Notes under the pieces: generated by a model
What the model saw: the letters and a program-made list of their open reading frames with translations, nothing else
What the model was told of the DNA's origin: nothing
The model's database searches: none
Shown: positions 9,564-18,434 of the stretch, piece after piece
Layout: every line of letters begins with the position of its first letter
Numbering within the stretch: position 1 is the stretch's first letter
Program-made: the position numbers and the translations under genes
Origin: Chloroflexota bacterium
Lineage (GTDB): Bacteria; Chloroflexota; Dehalococcoidia; SM23-28-2; RBG-16-64-32
Assembly: GCA_022561095.1 (NCBI GenBank)
Contig: JADFRV010000002.1
Location: forward strand, 1-41,138
DNA length: 41,138 nucleotides
Reading direction: 5' to 3'

Positions 9564-10970
9564 GTGACTACGGAAACGGCCCTGCCGGCCCACGAAATCA
9601 GCGCGGCCACGAGCGACGACCTGCCGTTCATCCGCGATACGGTGGCGCGCCTGGGCCTGGACGGGGAGCGGCTGGAGCCGCAGCAGTTCATCGTCGTGCG
9701 GCGCGAAGGCGCCGGCATCATCGCCTTCGGGCGCATCAAGCCCTACCAGGAGACGTACGAGCTGGGGTGCGTCGCCGTCGTCGAGGGGGAGAGGGGCCGG
9801 GGTTGGGGTGAGCTGGTAGTCCGGGAGCTGATCAACCGCTTTCCCCAGGACGAGGCGTACGTGACGACCGACCTGCCGGAGTACTTTGAGAGGCTGGGGT
9901 TCCTGCGCACGGAGATCTTGCCTCGCGAGCTGGACGAGAAGCTAGGCCGCGCCCGCCGAGTGGACCATCCGGACGCCGTGGGGATGGTCTACGATCGGCG
10001 CGTTCGGGAGATACCCACACTGGCGGATGTCTACCGCGCCAAGCATGCCATCGAACCGTATCTGAAGCGAACGCCGCTCGTGCACAACCCGTACCTGTCG
10101 CGGCTGTTGGGCTGCGATGCGTACCTCAAGCTGGAGAACCTGCAGCCCATCGGTGTGTTCAAGGTTCGGGGCGGGGTGAACCTGGCGGCTTCTCTGCCGG
10201 AGGCCGACCGTCGGCGTGGCATCGTGGGCGCGTCCACCGGCAACCACGGCCAGTCGCTGGCCTACGCCGCCAAGCTGGTGGGGATGCGCTGCGTCATCGC
10301 CATGCCGGTGGAGTCGAACCCCCTGAAGGTGGAATCGATGCGCGTTCTGGGCGCCGAGGTTGAGTTCCACGGTGGCGATTTTGAGGAGGCGCGGCTCTGG
10401 GCGGAGGAGTTCGCCCGCCGCGAGGGGATGCGCTACGTTCACCACGTTAACGCGCCGGAGCTGATGGCCGGGGTGGCTACCGTTAGCCTGGAGATCGTGG
10501 AGGATTTGCCGGATGTGGACGCCATCATTACGCCCATCGGCGGCGGCAGCGGCGTTATCGGCCATTGCATTGTCGCCAAGGCGCTGCGGCCGGGCGTTCA
10601 GGTCATTGGCGTCCAGGCGGAGGGAGCGCCCTCAGTGTATCGCTCATGGAAGGAGCGCAGGCTCCAGAATGCGCCCATCGACACGATCGCCGAGGGGCTG
10701 GCCACAGGGACGCCGTTCTTCTCGCCGGTCCGCACGTTCATCGACCAGCTGGACGATATGCTGCTGGTGAGCGACGACGAGATGCGGGACGCGATCGCGC
10801 TGCTGCTACGCTCGGCGCGTCAGCTGGCAGAGCCGTCGGGGGCGGCTTCAACGGCGGCGGCGCTGAAGCTGGCCGAGCGGCTAAAGGGGAAGAAGGTAGC
10901 GCTGGTCCTCAGCGGCGGCAACCTGCCTAACGAGGAGCTGCGCCGTATTCTCATCGGGCGCAAGGGGTGA
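9564..10970 (+). CDS. fusion protein: N-terminal GNAT acetyltransferase domain + PLP-dependent threonine/serine dehydratase
   Basis: 468 aa. Residues ~1-140 have a GNAT acetyl-CoA motif (VVEGERGRGWGELVV). Residues ~150-468 have the fold-type II PLP core (GVFKVRGG PLP-lysine motif, ASTGNHGQSLAYAA, GGGSG). Confidence 0.85.
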   Translation: MTTETALPAHEISAATSDDLPFIRDTVARLGLDGERLEPQQFIVVRREGAGIIAFGRIKPYQETYELGCVAVVEGERGRGWGELVVRELINRFPQDEAYVTTDLPEYFERLGFLRTEILPRELDEKLGRARRVDHPDAVGMVYDRRVREIPTLADVYRAKHAIEPYLKRTPLVHNPYLSRLLGCDAYLKLENLQPIGVFKVRGGVNLAASLPEADRRRGIVGASTGNHGQSLAYAAKLVGMRCVIAMPVESNPLKVESMRVLGAEVEFHGGDFEEARLWAEEFARREGMRYVHHVNAPELMAGVATVSLEIVEDLPDVDAIITPIGGGSGVIGHCIVAKALRPGVQVIGVQAEGAPSVYRSWKERRLQNAPIDTIAEGLATGTPFFSPVRTFIDQLDDMLLVSDDEMRDAIALLLRSARQLAEPSGAASTAAALKLAERLKGKKVALVLSGGNLPNEELRRILIGRKG

Positions 10971-11105
10971 ACTGGGGCGCACGTGGGAGCGGAACGGAAA
11001 CAGCACCGCCGACTAAAGTTGGCGGCATGGAAGATGGGAGCCGCGTACTTCAGTGCGCGGGGTTAGGTAGAACCGCATCGACGCAGACAGCATGCGGAGC
11101 AATCG

Positions 11106-11196
11106 GTCATTCTGAGGAGCGCAGCGACGAGGAATCTCGTTCTTTTTCGCTGCCGTCGCGAGATTCTTTATCCGCCTCCGGCGGACTCAGAATGAC
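11106..11196. repeat. 91-nt palindromic (MITE/REP-like) element with 11-bp terminal inverted repeats GTCATTCTGAG / CTCAGAATGAC
   Basis: The terminal inverted repeats are perfect. Internal hairpins are gaatctcg/cgagattc and tccgcc-tcc-ggcgga. It sits in the convergent gap between the dehydratase and HD-GYP genes. Confidence 0.55.
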
Positions 11197-11199
11197 GGG

Positions 11200-12657
11200 C
11201 TAGTCTCCAGCGGCGGACGGGCTGCGCTTGCCGGATCCGGTCGCGGCGGACGAAGCCTCGCCGTTGCCGCGACTAGACTCGTCGTCGAGTAGGCCTCGCT
11301 TCTCCGCCACCAGAAACGCTCGCACCACTTCGGGGTCGAACTGACTGTTAGCGTTACGGACGATCTCTTCGACCGCCTTCCGATGCGGCAGCGTCTTGCG
11401 ATAGGGCCGGTGGGAGGTCATGGCTTCGTAGGCGTCTACAACGGCGAATATGCGGGCGCCCAGAGGGATCTCTTCGCTCTTCAGGCCGCGAGGGTAGCCG
11501 CGACCGTCGTAGCGCTCGTGGTGAGCGTGGATAACCTCCGCGGCGTCGCGCAGGAAGTCGATCTCGTTGATGATCTGGTGGCCCAGCTCCGGGTGACGTT
11601 TCATCTCCACCCAATCGGAGTCGTCCAGCGGTCCGGGCTTGGCGAGGACGGCGTCGGCGACGCCGATCTTGCCGATATCGTGGAGGATCGTCGCCTTTTC
11701 GATCTGGCGCACCTGTTCCTTGCGCAGCCCCATCTGCCAGGCCACGACGGAAGCGATCTCGGCGACGCGCCGGGCGCGGCTCTGGGTTACGTTGTCATGC
11801 AGGTCCAAGGCGGCGCAGAGGACGGCAACAATTGAGTTGTAGCGGGACTTTAGACCGTCCATGCGGGTCTGCAGGTTGGCCTCCTGATGGCTAATAGTAT
11901 TTGACCTGCGACGGACGAGGATTACCAGAACCAGATAGAGGGCCCCTAAGACAGCGGCCATTGAGATGAAGACGCTCCTCTCAATGTCCGTTATCTGATT
12001 GGCGATGGGGGTGAAGTCACGGTACACCTCCGCCACGCCTATGGCTTGGGCGGAGTCGATTTCTGTAAGGGGTACGCCTATCCGGGCTAACTCAGTGTAA
12101 GACTCCAGGCCGGGCTCTCCCAGCGAGGAGGGCTTCCCTGTCTCACTGACGACCTCGCCCTGAAGCGCGGCCTGGGTTGGGACGCGCTCAACAAGCGTCT
12201 CGCCGGAGGCTGCCTGGGCGCTGGAGTAGACGAGGACGCCGTCGCCGTTGAAGACGTTGAGGCGCACCGTACGCGAGCTGAGGACTCCTAGCTGGACCGC
12301 AGTGTCAAAAGCGGCCAGATCAGTGCCCTCTAGCGGCGCAGCCAGCATCTCCGGGCTCAGGTTACTGGTGATGTACGGCCCTACCAACTCGGTCACCTCG
12401 GTCTCCGAGTCGTTCAGAGCCGTGGCTCGGATGTCGGACGCGAGGAAGCGGGTGACAGCGAAGCCGGCGGCAAGGACGAGTACGAGGGCAAACAGCGCGA
12501 ACAAGACCGTGAACTCCAGGAGGAGTGTTCTCTTGCGGCCCCGAGCTGCCGACCTACTGACGCCAGCTAGCGCCGCCAGCTTGCCTATCATTGCCTGTGC
12601 TGCCATCGCTTTTCTCTCTTCGCTAATTCCAGGTGAGATCCTCGGGACCGGGATCAT
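11200..12657 (-). CDS. membrane sensor HD-GYP domain c-di-GMP phosphodiesterase
   Basis: 485 aa maximal ORF. It has TM, a periplasmic-like domain, TM, then HD-GYP (HDIGKI...HHERYDGRGYPRGL). The real start may be the ATG at 12609, since the longest ORF overlaps the upstream GGDEF gene by 35 nt. Confidence 0.85.
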   Translation of the reverse strand: MIPVPRISPGISEERKAMAAQAMIGKLAALAGVSRSAARGRKRTLLLEFTVLFALFALVLVLAAGFAVTRFLASDIRATALNDSETEVTELVGPYITSNLSPEMLAAPLEGTDLAAFDTAVQLGVLSSRTVRLNVFNGDGVLVYSSAQAASGETLVERVPTQAALQGEVVSETGKPSSLGEPGLESYTELARIGVPLTEIDSAQAIGVAEVYRDFTPIANQITDIERSVFISMAAVLGALYLVLVILVRRRSNTISHQEANLQTRMDGLKSRYNSIVAVLCAALDLHDNVTQSRARRVAEIASVVAWQMGLRKEQVRQIEKATILHDIGKIGVADAVLAKPGPLDDSDWVEMKRHPELGHQIINEIDFLRDAAEVIHAHHERYDGRGYPRGLKSEEIPLGARIFAVVDAYEAMTSHRPYRKTLPHRKAVEEIVRNANSQFDPEVVRAFLVAEKRGLLDDESSRGNGEASSAATGSGKRSPSAAGD

Positions 12658-13480
12658 CCGTAAGTGATTGCTGAGGCACGGACGTTGCCGATTGTGGCAG
12701 GCGCCGCCCGACCTTGTTGGCGTACATATCGGCGTCAGCCCAGTGCATCATCTCGTCCACGTCTTCGCCGCCCCAGGGGTACCCGGAGACGCCGATGGAG
12801 ACGTTGAGCAGTACGCGCAGACCTTCGTGCTCGTACATGGGGGTCTCCTCCAGCTCTTCCCAGAGGCGCTGAGCCAGAGCGTACGCCCCGCGCTTGTCCG
12901 TGTCCGGCATGAGCACTGCGAACTCGTCGCCGCCCAGACGGGCGGGAACATCGTGGTTACGGATGTGCTTGTTGATAACCTTGGCCAGATTGGCGATTAC
13001 GATATCGCCCACAGCATGGCCGTACTCGTCGTTGATCTTCTTTAATCCGTCGATGTCCAGGGCTACGAGAGCCAGCGTTTGATTGCTGGTGCGGGCGCGG
13101 GCCAACCCCTCTTGAAAGCGTTCGTAGAAGTAGCGCCGGTTGTAAAGCTCCGTCAGCTCGTCGTGCGATGCCATCTTCTCAAGCTCTATCGAGCGCAGGA
13201 TGAGTCGCCCTTGGTATCCACGCAGTAGGTCCACGTGCGTAATATGTATATAGCGGGCAGAGGCGCTCCCAAACAGGATAGGCAGGCAGACAAGTATGGG
13301 GTAGATGATGTACTGCCATAGCTGGACGGCCTCTGTGAGTATGAAGAAGGTTGCGGCCAATCCCGCCAGAGCGAGCGCAATGAAGATGCTCACCCAGGCG
13401 ATGCGGCCGATCCGCTCCTCGTCCCGTGCCAGCGGCTCTTCCGATGATACCTCTGCCCCGAGCTGTGTTATCGTGTTCAT
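12623..13480 (-). CDS. membrane-anchored diguanylate cyclase (GGDEF domain, with RxxD I-site)
   Basis: 285 aa. It has N-terminal TM helices, and RNHD lies 5 residues upstream of GGDEF (IRNHDVPARLGGDEFAVL). Confidence 0.9.
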   Translation of the reverse strand: MNTITQLGAEVSSEEPLARDEERIGRIAWVSIFIALALAGLAATFFILTEAVQLWQYIIYPILVCLPILFGSASARYIHITHVDLLRGYQGRLILRSIELEKMASHDELTELYNRRYFYERFQEGLARARTSNQTLALVALDIDGLKKINDEYGHAVGDIVIANLAKVINKHIRNHDVPARLGGDEFAVLMPDTDKRGAYALAQRLWEELEETPMYEHEGLRVLLNVSIGVSGYPWGGEDVDEMMHWADADMYANKVGRRLPQSATSVPQQSLTDDPGPEDLTWN

Positions 13481-13844
13481 CCTACGCCTTAATGTGGATT
13501 GCCTTCGCCATCCCTACTCTTCACCCTTTCGAGTGAGTCGCCATTTTCGGTAGCTTGGGATTGACTGAACCGCAACCGAATAACGTTCATTTCATAAGGT
13601 AAGACGCGCCCCTTGGGGGGTAGTTACAGGAACGGCCGCTACTTTAGCGGGCGATTACGTTAAATACGATGCGGGCTAGCCTTGCGTCCTCTGGGGTGAG
13701 CCCGCCGCCTGCCCGCCCCCCACCCAGGGCAGGACGATCTGGGGTAGCTCCGTCACCGAAGGCTGTGAGCATACGCGTAGCGGATGCAGGTTGGCGGGGC
13801 TATAATACACGAGCGACGCCGAGTCCGTCCCAGATCGCTATCTG

Positions 13845-15299
13845 ATGGAGACCGCCGTGGAGCGTAGCCTGCGCCTTGAGGGACACATATCGGCGGAGGA
13901 GGTCCGCCGCAGCCCGTACCTCTACCTGCCGGTCCCCGTGCCGCCTCGCGCCTCACGGCTGCATGTCGCATACGAGTACTCGGATCCCGTGACCGCGCCC
14001 TTCGGCCTGGGCCCCGGTAACACCGTCGATATCGGCATCTTCGACCCCCGCGGCCACGACTTCATCGACGCCGTCGGCTTCCGCGGCTGGAGCGGCAGCG
14101 CCAAGCGCGAGTTCTTCATCGCCCCTCACGAGGCGACCCCCGGCTACATCCGGGGGCCGCTGTTCCCCGGCGACTGGCACGTTCTCCTGGGAATCGAGAA
14201 GGCGAACCCGGAGGGCGTGCGCTACGACGTGACGGTAAGCCTGACGCTGGACGAAGATGACCCACCCACGGCGGAGACGCCGGCTGCGCCGCCGGCACAG
14301 CCAGCGACTAAAGCTAAAGGCCGCAGCCGTTGGGTGAAGGGGGATCTCCACTGCCACACCGTCCACTCAGACGGGCTTAACACGGTGGACGAGATCGTGA
14401 CCAACGCCATCGAGCGTGGCCTTGATTTTCTGGCGGTGACTGACCACAACACTAACACCCACCACGAGGATCTGGCGCGGCTCGGCCACTTGCCGATCAC
14501 CCTCATCCCCGGCGAGGAGGTGACCACGTACTGGGGCCACGCCAACATGTGGGGCCTGCGGGAGTGGGTCGACTTTCGCTGCGCGGACTCGGAGTCTATG
14601 CAGGCGGTGCAGAGGTTCGTGCTTCATAGAGGCGGCCTCATCTCCATGAACCACCCCAAGAGCGTGGGCCCGCCCTGGCTGTTTGAGGGCTGGAACGGCT
14701 ACCCCTGTATGGAGGTGTGGCAGGCGCCCTGGCGCTTCTACAACTGGGAGTCTCTGGAGCGCTGGGATACCCTCCTGCGCGGCGGCGAGCGCGTCATCGC
14801 CGTGGGCGGCTCCGACGTCCACTCCATCCCGCCGAAGCCGCCGCTGCACCCGCACGGCCTGGGCAACCCCTGCACTTGGGTCTATGCCGAGGGCGGCCCA
14901 TCCGAGGAGGGTATCCTGGAAGGCATCCGCGAGGGTCAGGTGTTCATCACGGATGACCCCAACGGCGCCCAGCTCGTCCTGACGGCGGACGCCGACGGCG
15001 ACGGCAAGTTTGAGGCGATGATGGGTGACACGGTTGAAGCGGCCGAGGGGCGGCGCGTCTCCTTTCGTGTCTGGACGAACGGCGGCAGCGACCGTCGGCT
15101 GTGGATCATCTGCGACGGCCTCCCCCTGGATGTGATACCGCTGGACGGCCCGGAGGCGACGCATTCGTTCTCGCTGGAGCTCTCCGGTCGCAGCTATGTG
15201 AGGGCGGAGCTTCGGGGCTTCCGCGGCCGGCCGGAACGGGGCGAGGTGGTGTGGGCGATGACGAACCCGATCTGGCTGAAAGCCCTGGCAGCCAGCTGA
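13845..15299 (+). CDS. PHP-domain (CehA/McbA-like) metallohydrolase with N-terminal beta-rich domain
   Basis: 484 aa. The PHP metal-binding motifs are GDLHCHTVHSDG and LAVTDHNT. A TATAAT box lies at 13801-13806. Confidence 0.75.
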   Translation: METAVERSLRLEGHISAEEVRRSPYLYLPVPVPPRASRLHVAYEYSDPVTAPFGLGPGNTVDIGIFDPRGHDFIDAVGFRGWSGSAKREFFIAPHEATPGYIRGPLFPGDWHVLLGIEKANPEGVRYDVTVSLTLDEDDPPTAETPAAPPAQPATKAKGRSRWVKGDLHCHTVHSDGLNTVDEIVTNAIERGLDFLAVTDHNTNTHHEDLARLGHLPITLIPGEEVTTYWGHANMWGLREWVDFRCADSESMQAVQRFVLHRGGLISMNHPKSVGPPWLFEGWNGYPCMEVWQAPWRFYNWESLERWDTLLRGGERVIAVGGSDVHSIPPKPPLHPHGLGNPCTWVYAEGGPSEEGILEGIREGQVFITDDPNGAQLVLTADADGDGKFEAMMGDTVEAAEGRRVSFRVWTNGGSDRRLWIICDGLPLDVIPLDGPEATHSFSLELSGRSYVRAELRGFRGRPERGEVVWAMTNPIWLKALAAS

Positions 15300-15333
15300 G
15301 AAGGAGGTAGGCCTGGCACTCAGACTCTATCGC

Positions 15334-15699
15334 GTGATTCTCCCTGTTTCCGACATTGAAGGCGCAGCCAAGTTCTACCGTCGTCTGCTCGGCTTCGAAG
15401 GCGAGCGAGTATCGAGCAATCGCCATTATTTCGACTGTGGCGGGACGGTACTGGCCTGCGTCGACCCAGCAGACGAGGGGCTGGAGTTCAGACCCAACCT
15501 CGATCACGTATATTTCGCGGTCGACGATATCGAGGCTGTCTTCGAGCGGGCGAAGGAGGCCGCGTGCAGCTGGCTGGAAGACGAGATCAGCAGCCGCCCT
15601 TGGGGTGAACGGTCGTTCTACGCCAAGGACCCGTTTGGCAACCCGATCTGCTTCGTCGATGAGAGTACCGTATTCACGGGTGGCCGGTTCGTTCCATGA
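15334..15699 (+). CDS. VOC/glyoxalase-family small protein
   Basis: 121 aa with a GTG start. ILPVSDIEGAAKFYRRLLGF...SFYAKDPFGNPICF is a typical single-module glyoxalase-like fold. Confidence 0.7.
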   Translation: MILPVSDIEGAAKFYRRLLGFEGERVSSNRHYFDCGGTVLACVDPADEGLEFRPNLDHVYFAVDDIEAVFERAKEAACSWLEDEISSRPWGERSFYAKDPFGNPICFVDESTVFTGGRFVP

Positions 15700-15723
15700 C
15701 AAGCGCGGCCCGCGCGGGCTGAA

Positions 15724-16848
15724 ATGCGGATTCTTTTCTTTCAGGGGTTCGTCTCGCCGGATATGGAGCACGAGGCCAGCGACGCCATCGGCTACGGCAT
15801 CACCTCGGCCGAGGCGATCGTTGCGGGGCTGTCGGCGCGCGGAATCGACGTTGTGCGGGTGCAGCCGCGTTCGCCCCCGTCGTTCGACCAGGAGAGGCGG
15901 CGGCTCTCCTGGATCCTGGACGGCTACAAGGCCCTCCTCGATCTCGACCTCCAGGCGTTCGACCTGATCTTCATCTTCCACAGCCTCCACCAGTTCCCCG
16001 CTGAGGTGCGGCGAATCCTCTTCGACCTGCAGGTCTCCGTGCCTCTGATCGGGTATAGCCATGGCAGCCACTGGGACCCCACCGACACGTTCCGCTTCAT
16101 CCACTATCCGGATATGGAGGTGGTTGACCTCGCAAACCTTCTTTCGCTTGACCGCGTGCTGTTGCCGTCGGAGTTCGCTCGGGGAGTGATCCTGGAGCAC
16201 GTCGCAGCCTGGCAGCCGGAGGCGGCGCGGAAGCTGGAGGCGAAGCTGGCGGTGGTAGGGTTGCCCATCGACACCCATCGTCTGGACCGCTGCCGCATGG
16301 GGGAGGGGTTCGAGCGGCCGACGCTCGTCTTCAATCATTCGCTGATCCCGAGCAAGCAGCCTGAGCTGTTCGCGGAGGTGGCGGCGCGGGCACTGGAAAG
16401 GCACGAGGTCAACGTAGTCGTTACCCGGCACGTAGAGGACGAGGCGTTGGAGGGGCTGTTCCGGGAGCTTCAGGCCCGCTTCCCGGAGCGGCTCATCATG
16501 GGTAACACCTACCCCATAGATACGTACTTTCGCACTCTGTGGAAGGCCGACCTGCAGGTATCGATGGCTACTCACGAGCACCTAGGTATCGCCACCCTGG
16601 AGGCGATGTACACCCACAACTGCTGCCTCCTCCCCAACCGCTGTAGCTACCCCGAGATCACCGGTGGCTACGAAGACATCCTTTACTCGTCTACGGTGGA
16701 GCTGGAGGAGAAGCTTGACTACTATGTGGAGAACCGCAGCGCCCGAGAGGAAGCGGCCGCGACGCTCCACGAGCGGAGCCTCCGTTACACGCCGGAGGAG
16801 GTCGTCCCCCGGCTCATGGCGGTCTTCTCGGAGCTGGCCGACGAATAG
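15724..16848 (+). CDS. GT-B fold glycosyltransferase (GT4-like), family not resolved
   Basis: 374 aa. The C-terminal half has a GT-B donor-binding-like segment (LGIATLEAMYTHNCCLLPNRCSYPEI). Its composition is far more protein-like than the 491-aa antisense ORF. Confidence 0.55.
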   Translation: MRILFFQGFVSPDMEHEASDAIGYGITSAEAIVAGLSARGIDVVRVQPRSPPSFDQERRRLSWILDGYKALLDLDLQAFDLIFIFHSLHQFPAEVRRILFDLQVSVPLIGYSHGSHWDPTDTFRFIHYPDMEVVDLANLLSLDRVLLPSEFARGVILEHVAAWQPEAARKLEAKLAVVGLPIDTHRLDRCRMGEGFERPTLVFNHSLIPSKQPELFAEVAARALERHEVNVVVTRHVEDEALEGLFRELQARFPERLIMGNTYPIDTYFRTLWKADLQVSMATHEHLGIATLEAMYTHNCCLLPNRCSYPEITGGYEDILYSSTVELEEKLDYYVENRSAREEAAATLHERSLRYTPEEVVPRLMAVFSELADE

Positions 16849-16967
16849 ATCGGATGCAGTTCGGGGGGTTTCCGGCTGCATCCCAACACCTTGGAAATAA
16901 ACTGGGGGAAGCTTGTACAATGGGGTCGTCTTCCGCCGCTAAGCCAGCTCTGAAAGGAGTGATCGCC

Positions 16968-17147
16968 GTGGCTCGTCGTCTGTTCCTCGCCTATGTTGCT
17001 GTTATCCTCGGTCCCCTGATCGCGGTCGCAGGCGCGTTCGCCCTGCGCGACCTCCTGGCGCGGCGCGGCCGACCGGCCTCCGCGGGCAACGGCCACGCTG
17101 AGGCCGAGGCGCTTGAGCATACCGTGGAAGAGGTGCAGGCCAGCTGA
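16968..17147 (+). CDS. possible small single-TM protein (59 aa)
   Basis: GTG start at 16968 with AAAGGAG 8 nt upstream. It has one clear TM helix (LFLAYVAVILGPLIAVAGAFAL). It ends 22 nt before the likely M20 start. Confidence 0.3.
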   Translation: MARRLFLAYVAVILGPLIAVAGAFALRDLLARRGRPASAGNGHAEAEALEHTVEEVQAS

Positions 17148-17169
17148 TGGCAGCGAGAGCGGAGATAGC

Positions 17170-18348
17170 GTGATAGATACGGACGCAGCGAAGCAGCGGG
17201 CGAGGGAGGGCGTCACCGCCGCGGCCGACAAGCTCATCGAGGTCAGCCGCCAAATCCACTCCAACCCGGAGCTTGCGATGGAGGAGCGGCAAGCGGCCGC
17301 TCTGCTGATCGACCGGCTGGAGGAGCACGGCTTTCAGGTGGAGCGCGGCGCCAGCGGCCTGGAGACGGCGTTCCTAGCCAGTTGGGGCGAGGGGCCGGTG
17401 GTTATCGCCTATCTGTGTGAGTACGATGCCCTGCCCGGGATCGGGCACGCCTGCGGGCACAACCTCATCGCCACCGCGGGGTTGGGGGCCGCTTACGGCC
17501 TCAAGGCCGCGCTTTCACCCAGCCAGGTTCGCCTCCTCGTAGTCGGCACGCCGGCGGAGGAGAACATCGGCGGCAAGGCTATCATGCTGGAGCGCGGCGC
17601 CTTCGAGGGCGTGGACGTGGCGCTGATGGCTCATCCTTCGCCCGTGGACGTGGATATGCCTCCCATGTACGGTGTGCAGGAGGTGGATGTTGTGTACACG
17701 GGACAATCGGCGCACGCCTCCTTCGCGCCTGAGATGGGGGTGAACGCCCTGGACGGCCTGGTCCTCGCCTACCAGGGCATCGCCCAGTTGCGGCAGCATA
17801 TCCGGCGCGACGCACGCATCCACGGGATCATCACAGACGGCGGCTCCGCGCCCAACGTGGTGCCGGACCGGGCGGCCGGGACGTTCTACGTGCGGGCGCT
17901 GCGGCCCGCCTACCTGGAGGAGCTTAAGGGCCGAGTGGAGCGCTGCTTCGAGGCTGGGGCGGCCGCCTCCGGGGCTACGGTGGAAATCGACTGGAAGCCC
18001 TGGCCCTACGCGCCGATGCGCAACAACACGTCGCTCGCCGCCGCCTACCGCGCCAACGCCGAGTCGCTGGGGCGCACCTTCATCGATGTGCGGCTGGACT
18101 CTACCGGCAGCTCGGATATGGGGAACGTGAGCCAGGCGCTCCCCTCTATCCACCCGATGTTCGGCATCGGGGCGATGGCGTTCAACCACACGCCGGCGTT
18201 CACGGAGGTGTGCGCCACGGACGCGGCGCACGCTGCGATGGTGCAGGTGGCGCAGGCGCTGGCGATGACCGGCGTCGATGTGGCGCTGGAGCCGGACCTG
18301 CTCCAGCGGGCCAAGGAAGAGTTCGCGTCCGGCAGGGGAAGTCCTTAG
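17170..18348 (+). CDS. M20-family amidohydrolase/metallopeptidase
   Basis: SNPELAMEERQAA..., GHACGHNLI and the dimerisation-domain layout are typical of M20D. The GTG at 17170 follows GGAG. The longest ORF begins at 17113. Confidence 0.85.
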   Translation: MIDTDAAKQRAREGVTAAADKLIEVSRQIHSNPELAMEERQAAALLIDRLEEHGFQVERGASGLETAFLASWGEGPVVIAYLCEYDALPGIGHACGHNLIATAGLGAAYGLKAALSPSQVRLLVVGTPAEENIGGKAIMLERGAFEGVDVALMAHPSPVDVDMPPMYGVQEVDVVYTGQSAHASFAPEMGVNALDGLVLAYQGIAQLRQHIRRDARIHGIITDGGSAPNVVPDRAAGTFYVRALRPAYLEELKGRVERCFEAGAAASGATVEIDWKPWPYAPMRNNTSLAAAYRANAESLGRTFIDVRLDSTGSSDMGNVSQALPSIHPMFGIGAMAFNHTPAFTEVCATDAAHAAMVQVAQALAMTGVDVALEPDLLQRAKEEFASGRGSP

Positions 18349-18434
18349 GATCACTCAGCCTGTCGAAGGATGAGCGGGTCGTAGGGCCGATGGCGCGGGC
18401 GACCTGAAGGTCGACCCTACGGGGTAACTACGGC

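Noticed and set aside
10967-11203. 78-aa ORF in the dehydratase/HD-GYP intergenic region
   Set aside because: It is created by reading through the palindromic 91-nt element, with no SD. It is interpreted as a translation artefact of a repeat.
15106-16581. 491-aa ORF on the minus strand, the longest ORF in this part of the window
   Set aside because: It is antisense to two better-supported plus-strand genes, the VOC protein and the glycosyltransferase. Its translation is Arg/Pro/Leu/Gly-rich with no recognisable motif, which is typical of a shadow ORF in high-GC DNA.
18349-18434. Imperfect hairpin (cgtagggccga...tcgaccctacg) between the convergent M20 and ADH genes as a terminator
   Set aside because: The stem has a mismatch, the loop is ~20 nt and there is no U-tract. 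That is too weak to call.
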